From positions 1,280,001 to 1,344,000 of the forward strand of contig OZ250172.1 in assembly GCA_965237905.1 (NCBI GenBank): 64,000 nt of DNA. Reading direction: 5' to 3'. Positions 8,072-16,022 of this stretch are shown piece after piece (position 1 is the stretch's first letter; the number at the start of each line of letters is the position of its first letter). This DNA is from Nitrospinaceae bacterium (lineage in GTDB: Bacteria; Nitrospinota; Nitrospinia; Nitrospinales; Nitrospinaceae). Below the pieces are notes generated by a model, which was not told the origin of the DNA, made no database searches, and saw only the letters and a program-made list of their open reading frames with translations. Position numbers and translations under genes: made by a program.

Positions 8072-10666
8072 ATGAATTTTTTAAAGAACGTCTCCATACG
8101 CGACAAGCTCAACCGGATCATCATGCTGACCACCAGCGTGGCCCTGTTGTTGGCCGCGCTCGGTTTTTTTCTGTATGATCTTCTGGAATTTCGCAATACC
8201 GAGACGCGTGAGCTTTCAAGTGTAGCCGATATTATCGGCGCCCACAGCACAGCTGCCCTCAAATTTCAGGATTCCATTTCCGGCCGGGAAACCCTGGAAA
8301 CCTTAAGCATCGACCCCCGCGTTGTTTCCGCCAGACTGTATACCCAGGAAGACGAAATTTTTGCATCTTATAACCGGGACCGCAAAAGCAAAATTGTCTT
8401 GCCGTCCCAACCTCGACCCGCAGGCAGCTATTTTGAACAAGGACAAATTCTGATATTCAGGCCGATCCTTCTCAATGGCAAAAAAGTGGGGACCATTTTT
8501 ATTCATTCCGACCTTCAAAATTTTTATGAGCGTCTTCAGCAATACGGCATCATCGCGTTTATAGTACTGGTCATCTCCCTGCTCGGTGCCTTTCTACTTT
8601 CATCCAAACTGCAGAAGACTATTTCCTTCCCGATCCTGCATCTGTCCAACCTGGCGAACCGGGTTTCCACCGAAAAAAATTATTCCCTGCGCGCCGTCAA
8701 CGAAAGTCAGGATGAACTGGGAGAACTCGTCAATCAATTCAACGACATGTTGAGCCAGGTTCAGGATAGAGACCTTGCGCTTCAGGAGGCTCATCACGCA
8801 TTGGAGGGAAAAGTCCGGGAACGTACCCACGATCTGGAAAATGAAATCCAGATTCGCCGGAAATCGGAATCCGCTCTTCGGGAAAGTGAAGAACGCCTGC
8901 GGAGTATCCTGGACCATGCTACCGCAGTGGTTTATATGAAGGACATCGATCTGCGGTATGTACTGGTCAATCATCAGTTTGAAAAAGTGTTCGCCGTAAC
9001 GAATGAACAGATCCGGGGGAAAACGGATCCGGAAATTTTCCCAAAAGATCTAGCGGGCCGCTTTATCAGCCGGGACAGCATCGTCCTCGAATCCGGCCAA
9101 CCCTTGGAAGTCGAGGAACAATTTAAGGTAAATGGGAAAACCGAAACTTATATTTCGATCAAATTCCCTTTGCGCGATTCCGACGGCAAAATTTACGCCG
9201 TTTGCGGTCTGGACACCAATATTACGGACCGGAAAAATTTTGAGCCGGAACTGCAAAACGCCAAGGTCCAAGCAGATTCGGCCAACTCGGCCAAAACCGC
9301 CTTCATCGCGAATATGAGCCATGAAATCCGGACTCCTCTGAATGCCATTATGGGTTATTCCCAGATTCTGCAAAGGGATACCACGTTGACAGCGGAACAT
9401 CATCAGGCTCTGGAACGCATCGATTCCAGCGGGAAAAACCTGCTCGCCATCATCAACGACATCCTCGATATATCCAAAATCGAAGCGGGACGGATGGAAC
9501 TCCACTTGAGGAATTTCAACCTGCTTCAGGTCATCGAGGATATCACCACTCTTTTTAAATTGAAATGCGAAGAGAATGGTTTGATTCTTGAAATCTCCCC
9601 GCTTCCTGAAGACCGGTGCCATCTATACGGGGATGAAGAAAAACTAAGACAAGTGCTGATCAACCTCCTGGGAAATGCACTCAAGTTTACCGATTCGGGA
9701 ACCGTTTCCCTGAACATCATTCCTGGGGAAAACGACGAATACCGGTTTGAAGTCAGAGACACTGGAAAGGGCATATCGAAAGAAGCTCAAAAAACCATCT
9801 TTGAGCCTTTTAAACAAGACGCCGAGGGAATCAAAAAAGGAGGCACCGGATTGGGTCTGGCCATCTGCCGGAAACAGATTCTGCTAATGGGATCGGATTT
9901 ATATGTATCCTCGGAAATAGATGAAGGGTCGCGTTTTTATTTCAGCCTCCATTTACCGCCATCCAGAGGAAAATCGAAATCCGGAGAAAAAATAAGCAAG
10001 AAGGTAATTCGAATCTCCGGCGAACATCATGTCAAAGCCCTGGTCGTCGACGATAACTCGGACAACCGGACGGTGCTGAGCCGCCTGCTGAAAACCATAG
10101 GAGTCAACGTCATTGAAGCGGAAAACGGACTGATCGCTCTGGAAAAAACGCGCGAACACCTGCCGGATATTATTTTCATGGATATTCGTATGCCTGTCAT
10201 GGATGGCCGGGAAGCCATCACCAAAATAGTGGAGGAATTCGGACAGGAGCGGTTCAAAATCGTGACCATCACCGCTTCGGCCATGCAACACGAACGGGAA
10301 CAATTCCTTAAACTGGGTTCCCATGAGGTGATCCTCAAACCGTTTCAGACCAATGAGGTTTTTGAATGCCTGAAAAATCTTCTTAACATCGATTATATTT
10401 ATTCAGAAGCACTTCAAAAAGACACCGAACCCAAAGTGTCGCACGACATGGATTATTCTCAAATACATATCCCCAAAACCATCCACCACTCGCTCAAAGA
10501 AGCGGCGGAACTGCATTATGTCACAGGCATTCGACAATCACTGCCGTTACTCGTTGAGTCGGGAGAAGAAGGGAAAAAGCTGGCGGATAATCTGAACTTC
10601 TGTCTCAATGATTACGATATGAAAAAAATTCTAAGTATTCTCGATCAGGTCAATTCGGAAGGGTAA
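8072..10666 (+). CDS. Hybrid sensor histidine kinase/response regulator (periplasmic sensor-HAMP-PAS-HisKA-HATPase-REC)
   Basis: Two TMs, HAMP (DELGELVNQFNDML), PAS, H-box FIANMSHEIRTPLN, GNALKFT, GGTGLGL, REC (VVDDN, IFMDIRMP, KPF). Confidence 0.95.
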   Translation: MNFLKNVSIRDKLNRIIMLTTSVALLLAALGFFLYDLLEFRNTETRELSSVADIIGAHSTAALKFQDSISGRETLETLSIDPRVVSARLYTQEDEIFASYNRDRKSKIVLPSQPRPAGSYFEQGQILIFRPILLNGKKVGTIFIHSDLQNFYERLQQYGIIAFIVLVISLLGAFLLSSKLQKTISFPILHLSNLANRVSTEKNYSLRAVNESQDELGELVNQFNDMLSQVQDRDLALQEAHHALEGKVRERTHDLENEIQIRRKSESALRESEERLRSILDHATAVVYMKDIDLRYVLVNHQFEKVFAVTNEQIRGKTDPEIFPKDLAGRFISRDSIVLESGQPLEVEEQFKVNGKTETYISIKFPLRDSDGKIYAVCGLDTNITDRKNFEPELQNAKVQADSANSAKTAFIANMSHEIRTPLNAIMGYSQILQRDTTLTAEHHQALERIDSSGKNLLAIINDILDISKIEAGRMELHLRNFNLLQVIEDITTLFKLKCEENGLILEISPLPEDRCHLYGDEEKLRQVLINLLGNALKFTDSGTVSLNIIPGENDEYRFEVRDTGKGISKEAQKTIFEPFKQDAEGIKKGGTGLGLAICRKQILLMGSDLYVSSEIDEGSRFYFSLHLPPSRGKSKSGEKISKKVIRISGEHHVKALVVDDNSDNRTVLSRLLKTIGVNVIEAENGLIALEKTREHLPDIIFMDIRMPVMDGREAITKIVEEFGQERFKIVTITASAMQHEREQFLKLGSHEVILKPFQTNEVFECLKNLLNIDYIYSEALQKDTEPKVSHDMDYSQIHIPKTIHHSLKEAAELHYVTGIRQSLPLLVESGEEGKKLADNLNFCLNDYDMKKILSILDQVNSEG

Positions 10667-10714
10667 TACCCGATCCAGCGTTAACACAATTCCAACCGCC
10701 GTTTGATTCAATAA

Positions 10715-11452
10715 CTAGTCCGAATCACTTTCGACGTCTTTGGCGCATCGAAAGCCAATAAAATTGTAACGCGCTGCCGGTTCCATGTAGTTGCGTGCCC
10801 AAGTGTGGGAAAAATCTATATTCAAATGGGACTGGTACAACCCGCCCCGGATCACTTTATACAATCCCTTCTCGGTGCCGGGCATACCGTTATAGTCCCA
10901 GTCGTCTGCCGTCCATTCCCACACGTTGTGGCCCATGCCATACATCCCGTACGGACTGATCCATTCTTGTCGCTTGTCCACCGGCTCCGGCATAAAACCC
11001 GAAAATCCATTATTGGGATGGGGCTGATATTTCCCCCACGGCCACTTGCCCCCGTCGGGTCCACGCGCCGCTTTTTCCCATTCCTGTTCCGTCGGCAAAC
11101 GCTTGCCGACCGAGTCACAATACGACTTCGCTTCTGCAAAAGGCACCCATGTGACCGGGAATTTCTCCTTCCCCGGGCCAACCTCAAAGTCCGGCTTGAA
11201 TTTTTTGTATTCGCCGCGCTGCATTTCGTACCGGTCGATCAAATACGCTTTCAAAAAAACCTTCCGGCCAAGAGCGGTCTTTGGGTCTTCGGCATGGCCG
11301 TATTTGAATTCTCCCGCGGGGATGTACACCATCTCTTTCGGAACTTGAACGTGGGCAGGAACCTGAACGGGAATTTGCTCGACACTACTCTCGGAGCAGG
11401 AAAAAAGCCACAAGGATAAGAATAACAATAATGAGAATAGTCGCCATTTCAT
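10715..11452 (-). CDS. FGE-sulfatase-domain (SUMF1/EgtB/PvdO-like) lipoprotein
   Basis: Lipobox LFSC; RLPTEQEWEKAARG, HNVWEW, RGG, GFRC. Confidence 0.88.
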   Translation of the reverse strand: MKWRLFSLLLFLSLWLFSCSESSVEQIPVQVPAHVQVPKEMVYIPAGEFKYGHAEDPKTALGRKVFLKAYLIDRYEMQRGEYKKFKPDFEVGPGKEKFPVTWVPFAEAKSYCDSVGKRLPTEQEWEKAARGPDGGKWPWGKYQPHPNNGFSGFMPEPVDKRQEWISPYGMYGMGHNVWEWTADDWDYNGMPGTEKGLYKVIRGGLYQSHLNIDFSHTWARNYMEPAARYNFIGFRCAKDVESDSD

Positions 11453-12216
11453 TGACGTGCTTTGGATGGGGCGGGCCGTTGGTCGAAAAAGTGAAATACT
11501 TCTCCACCGTTGATAGACAAAGGTTTCTTCTGGTAGTCGAGGGGGTGGTCGATACCCGGCTGGATGGTCCCGTCCACCGAGTAAGGACCGTAATCCGCCC
11601 AGTAATTGCGCTTGCGGGAATCGGTAAACTCGATTTGGGTAATGTACTTGATGTTCTTGTAACCGTACTTGAACGGCGCTATCAAGCGGAGGGGAAATCC
11701 ATGATCCTTGGTCAACGGCTGACCATTCATGCGCAGGACCATCAGTACCCGCGACCTCAGCAATTCTTCCAGCGCGTAACTTTCGTAATAGGAATCGGCG
11801 GATCGGAAAGTAACGTATTTTGCCTTGGGATCCGGTTGCACCCGGTCAACCAGTTCCTGAAACCGGAAGCCCTCCCACTTGGCCTTGGCCGACCAGCATT
11901 CCACGCACTTGAGCCGCGACACCTGCGACACCATGGGAAAGCCGAACAGGTCTTCATACCCCAAGGCCAAACTCTGTTTCACCAAGCCGGTGACGGCCAA
12001 ACCCCACTCCTGCGCATTCACACCCAGAAACGGATTGGCACTGCGGATAAAAAATCCGGGCACGTCCCGGTTCTGAATATAATTCGGGGGAATGTTCTTG
12101 TTGGTTTGAAAATTAACCGTCCCCGCACTCTTCTTCGGCCACAACGAAGCGAGCGCGGAAAATGAAAACACCTTCAGAAATACCCGGCGGTTCAATTTGG
12201 ATCGTAATCCGAACAT
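11449..12216 (-). CDS. Tat-exported molybdopterin-dependent oxidoreductase (sulfite oxidase/MsrP-like)
   Basis: Tat motif NRRVFLK; CVECWSA (MsrP has CVEGWS), HGFPLRLIAP, KYGYKNIKYITQI. Confidence 0.85.
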   Translation of the reverse strand: MFGLRSKLNRRVFLKVFSFSALASLWPKKSAGTVNFQTNKNIPPNYIQNRDVPGFFIRSANPFLGVNAQEWGLAVTGLVKQSLALGYEDLFGFPMVSQVSRLKCVECWSAKAKWEGFRFQELVDRVQPDPKAKYVTFRSADSYYESYALEELLRSRVLMVLRMNGQPLTKDHGFPLRLIAPFKYGYKNIKYITQIEFTDSRKRNYWADYGPYSVDGTIQPGIDHPLDYQKKPLSINGGEVFHFFDQRPAPSKARQ

Positions 12217-12217
12217 T

Positions 12218-13027
12218 TTATTTATCCTTCAAACCCAGCACGTCCTGCATATCATACAACCCCGGTGGCTGATCAACAACCCATTGGGCGGCGCGGATGG
12301 AGCCGCGCGCGAAGGTTTCACGGCTCTGCGCCCGGTGAAAAATTTCCAGCGTCTCACCCATTCCGCCGAATAGGACCCGGTGTTCCCCGACAATATCTCC
12401 GGCCCGCAGGGTATGCACGCCGATCTCTTTCGGCCCGCGCCCCTCACTGAATCCTTTACGTCCGTAAACGCCGACTTTACTCAAATCGCGCTCCAGCGCT
12501 TCCGCCACCAGTTCCGAAAGACGTACTGCGGTGCCGCTGGGAGCATCCTTCTTGAACTTGTGATGGGCTTCCACGATCTCGACATCATACGCGTCGCCCA
12601 ATATTTTCGCGACGTCCCCAACCACCTTGAATAACACGTTGACCCCGATACTCATGTTGGGCGCGAACACGCAACGGATGGTTTTGGCCGCTTTCTTGAT
12701 CTGGTCCTTCTCCGCCCCGGACAACCCGGTGGTACCGAAGACCACGGATTTTTTCTGAGCCACGGCTTCCTTCAGGGTCCGCATGCTGGACTCGGGGGTG
12801 GAAAAATCGATGACCACGTCGCAGGTACGCATCATTTCAGCCAAGTCGTCGAGCAGGGCAATATTTTTATTACCAATCCCCGCCAACTCACCCACGTCCT
12901 GCCCCAAGGCAGGATTGCCCGTCGCCTCGGTGCCGCAACACAGAGTAACGCCGTCTGTATCCTCAATGCAGGAAACAATGGTTTTTCCCATACGCCCCGC
13001 CGCACCGACTACACCAATTTTGATCAA
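12218..13027 (-). CDS. dapB: 4-hydroxy-tetrahydrodipicolinate reductase
   Basis: GAAGRMG, EAHHKFKKDAPSGTA, LRAGDIVGEH. Confidence 0.97.
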   Translation of the reverse strand: MIKIGVVGAAGRMGKTIVSCIEDTDGVTLCCGTEATGNPALGQDVGELAGIGNKNIALLDDLAEMMRTCDVVIDFSTPESSMRTLKEAVAQKKSVVFGTTGLSGAEKDQIKKAAKTIRCVFAPNMSIGVNVLFKVVGDVAKILGDAYDVEIVEAHHKFKKDAPSGTAVRLSELVAEALERDLSKVGVYGRKGFSEGRGPKEIGVHTLRAGDIVGEHRVLFGGMGETLEIFHRAQSRETFARGSIRAAQWVVDQPPGLYDMQDVLGLKDK

Positions 13028-13086
13028 TTCAACCTCCTGGAGAATAATTTTTCTAACTAGCGGACAACAACTCTAATAGGAAGGAC

Positions 13087-13962
13087 TTAAATCAACGCGT
13101 ACTTTTTCAGAATCGTCTTCAATCGCTCGACGTGATCTTCAGACATGTGGGCCAGAGGTGCCCGCAATTCCCCGGATATTTTGCCCATCAACGCGAGAGC
13201 GGTTTTCACCGGCACCGGATTGGTTTCGATGAACATGGCGTTATTCAGCACCATCAATTCATAATGGAGCGCCGAAGCGCCATCCACATCGTGATGGGCG
13301 GCCCGTGCGCACATCAGTGCCATTTTCTCCGGCACAAGGTTGGCCGAAACGGAAATCACGCCTTTGCCTCCGATCGCGAGAATCGGCCACAGCAAACCGT
13401 CGTCTCCCGACAGCAATGTAAAATCGTCACCACACTGGTCGATCACCTCGCTGATCTGGCCGATCGAACCCGACGCTTCCTTGATGCCAACGATGTTCTT
13501 TTGATCCTTATCGAGACGCGCTACCGTTTCCGGCAACATGTTGACCGAGGTGCGGCCCGGCACGTTGTAAAGAATGATCGGCAGATCGGTTTCCTTTGCG
13601 ACCGCCATGAAATGTTCGTATAGCCCCTGTTGGGACGGCTTGTTGTAATACGGCGTGATCAACAAGGCGCCGTCGGCGCCCGCCTCCTGGGCAAACTGGG
13701 TCAGCTCGATCGCTTCGCGGGTGGCGTTCGACCCGGTACCCGCCAGTACGGGAATCTTGTCCTTGCACATCTCCACCGCGATGGAGATCACCAGATGATG
13801 CTCTTCATGGGTCAGCGTGGCGGACTCGCCGGTGGTGCCGCACGGCACGATCCCGTTGGTTCCATTTTCGATATGAAACTGCAAGAGATCACGAAACGCC
13901 TGCTCATCCACTGTGCCGTTCTTGAACGGGGTGACGATGGCCACCAGGGATCCTTCAAACAT
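13087..13962 (-). CDS. dapA: 4-hydroxy-tetrahydrodipicolinate synthase
   Basis: GTTGESATL, PYYNKPSQ, LYNVPGRT, GIKEASG. Confidence 0.97.
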   Translation of the reverse strand: MFEGSLVAIVTPFKNGTVDEQAFRDLLQFHIENGTNGIVPCGTTGESATLTHEEHHLVISIAVEMCKDKIPVLAGTGSNATREAIELTQFAQEAGADGALLITPYYNKPSQQGLYEHFMAVAKETDLPIILYNVPGRTSVNMLPETVARLDKDQKNIVGIKEASGSIGQISEVIDQCGDDFTLLSGDDGLLWPILAIGGKGVISVSANLVPEKMALMCARAAHHDVDGASALHYELMVLNNAMFIETNPVPVKTALALMGKISGELRAPLAHMSEDHVERLKTILKKYALI

Positions 13963-13982
13963 GAGTGTCCTTTAACGGGTGA

Positions 13983-14801
13983 TTACAATTCAACGATGTG
14001 GCCCTCAAACGCAATTTTGGTGAGCCCTTCGAGATAGACCACGGGCAGGGAACCGTTTGCGGGTTCGATGTGGACTTTTAATATATCACCGCCGCGCGTT
14101 TCCACGTTGACGGGCGATTCGATTTTAAATTTGTACGAGGCGATAATCGCCGAGGCGACCACGCCGGTGCCGCAGGCGAGGGTTTCCCCCTCCACGCCGC
14201 GTTCGTAAGTGCGGACTTTGAGAGCACTGCCGTTTTTCTTTTCGACCAGATCAACATTGGTCCCCGCCGGGGCAAATACGGAATGGTAACGAATGCCGCT
14301 TCCGATGGCGTTGATATCCTCGCCGTCCACATCCTCGGAAAATACAATGGCGTGCGGCACGCCGGTGTTGATACTGTCCACTTTATACTGCAGGCCATCG
14401 AACGCTACCTGCACATCGTTCTGCAAATTTTCCGGACGGGTCAGTTTCACTTTGACCACGGGGCCGTTGACTTCGGCTTCAATAATGCCGGCGACGGTTT
14501 CAAAGGAATGGTTTTGCGGCGCAATGCCTTTCTCGAACGCGTAGCGCGCCACGCACCGGCCACCGTTGCCGCACATCTCGGCGGAGGAACCGTCGGGATT
14601 GTAAAAATCCCACTTGTAAGCGGCCTTCTCGGAGTTTTCGATGAAAATCACCCCGTCCGCACCGACCGAGGTTTTCGGCTGGCAGACCTTCTTGACGAAA
14701 TCACGTTTCGTCTCCGGGTCCAGTACCGGCTTGCGATTGTCGATGATGACGAAATCGTTGCCGCTACCGCTCATTTTTGTAAAGGGAATACCCACAACCA
14801 C
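13983..14801 (-). CDS. dapF: Diaminopimelate epimerase
   Basis: FTKMSGSGNDF, EMCGNGGRC, ERGVEGETLACGTG. Confidence 0.97.
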   Translation of the reverse strand: MVVGIPFTKMSGSGNDFVIIDNRKPVLDPETKRDFVKKVCQPKTSVGADGVIFIENSEKAAYKWDFYNPDGSSAEMCGNGGRCVARYAFEKGIAPQNHSFETVAGIIEAEVNGPVVKVKLTRPENLQNDVQVAFDGLQYKVDSINTGVPHAIVFSEDVDGEDINAIGSGIRYHSVFAPAGTNVDLVEKKNGSALKVRTYERGVEGETLACGTGVVASAIIASYKFKIESPVNVETRGGDILKVHIEPANGSLPVVYLEGLTKIAFEGHIVEL

Positions 14802-14874
14802 ACCATTTTAAAGGGATAACTTTAAATTAAGATGAAAAACCCGGGGTTTGGATTCATCTCTCCCAAGTGCGGGG

Positions 14875-14903
14875 ATTCTAACACAGGCCCGAAACCCGGT
14901 CAA
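14875..14903 (-). promoter_or_regulatory. Putative sigma70 promoter of dapF-dapA-dapB
   Basis: Minus-strand TTGACC-N17-TAGAAT about 75 nt upstream of dapF. Confidence 0.65.
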
Positions 14904-14960
14904 ACCCGCCCGCCCCTGAAAAACAAGGAGTTTTGCGAATGAAGGAGAAGATTGCAAGGC

Positions 14961-15124
14961 AATAAAAATGCCCCTCCTGCCCGAGGCGTTACCACCCCGG
15001 ACAGGAGGAACTGGGAGGGCCCAACCTCTGGCGAGGCTGGGGGAGAATTCGCTCACCCTTTTTAAGTCATACATGAGGAGAGAGACGGGCGAATTCTGTC
15101 TGGTAGTCGAGACCTTACTCGACT
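14961..15124 (-). ncRNA. Candidate structured small RNA ending in an intrinsic terminator
   Basis: Four consecutive hairpins. The last (14 bp) is followed by GGCAUUUUUAUU on the minus strand, and G-U pairs in two stems form only on the minus strand. Confidence 0.45.
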
Positions 15125-15247
15125 CCTTACAAAAAATTCGCGCGCCGGGTCCGGGTCGGCAAAAACCCTTTTAAATTTGAGGACTCAAGGTGACAGGGGT
15201 TTATTGCGGAACGTAATGGCGTTAAAATAAAAGCTGGAGGTGCAACC

Positions 15248-15649
15248 ATGTCCCACAAAAAACAAACCAAACTGGTGCGGGTGCGGCCCGAAGAAAACTT
15301 CACCACCAAGCGCAACCTCAACTATTTTCCGGGCCTTTCCGAGAATACGGCAGGCACACAAAACCTGTCGATGATGCTGGTGCGCATCCCTCCCGGCGGC
15401 AAGGCGGAACCGCATTATCATGACGGATTCGAGGCGGGCATCTATATTCTGCAGGGCAAGGTGGACAACCGCTTCGGCGAAGGACTTAAGGAATCGGTCG
15501 TCACCGAAAAAGGTGATTTTCTGTTCATCCCGCCCGGCGTGCCGCATCAGCCTATGAACATGAGCGACACCGAGCCGGCACTGGCCATCGTCTCCCGCAA
15601 TATCGCCAGCGAACAGGAACCGGTGGTGCTGTACGGGGTAAAGAAATAA
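15248..15649 (+). CDS. Cupin domain protein
   Basis: PHYHDGFEAGIYILQG and GDFLFIPPGVPHQP; SD GGAGGT. Confidence 0.9.
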   Translation: MSHKKQTKLVRVRPEENFTTKRNLNYFPGLSENTAGTQNLSMMLVRIPPGGKAEPHYHDGFEAGIYILQGKVDNRFGEGLKESVVTEKGDFLFIPPGVPHQPMNMSDTEPALAIVSRNIASEQEPVVLYGVKK

Positions 15650-15928
15650 ACGGAGGGAGGCTGTTCTTCGGACAGGGCTGGTCAAAATTCTTAAAAAACG
15701 TCAGCTATTTCCCGTCGGGCCAATAGAAATGGCTGGAACCTAAGCAGGAACTGGCGAAACTGCTCAGAAAAAAGCGGTAACTCCCTCAGTAAACTCAAAG
15801 TATCCAACCTTCCCCAGTCACCGGTTAAACCGGCTTAAACCCTTAAAAATTAATAATAACCAGCAAAGCGTGGAACTATTTCTATTAAATTTACAAAGTA
15901 ATTCATTGTATTCATATAGCTCAGAAAG

Positions 15929-15937
15929 TGGTATAAT
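15929..15937 (+). promoter_or_regulatory. Extended -10 element
   Basis: TGGTATAAT about 85 nt upstream of ATG 16023. Confidence 0.45.
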
Positions 15938-16022
15938 TTTGTAAGACTCCATCAAAATACCGGCTCAAACCGAAATTTCGCTTTGACCCTTTGACTCGGC
16001 TTTTTCAATAAAATTGGGAATT

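Noticed and set aside
14808..15174. Lysine riboswitch upstream of dapF, and ORFs 14808-15074 / 14968-15174
   Set aside because: L-box consensus is not seen, and the dap promoter lies downstream of the hairpins. The ORFs have no recognisable protein features.
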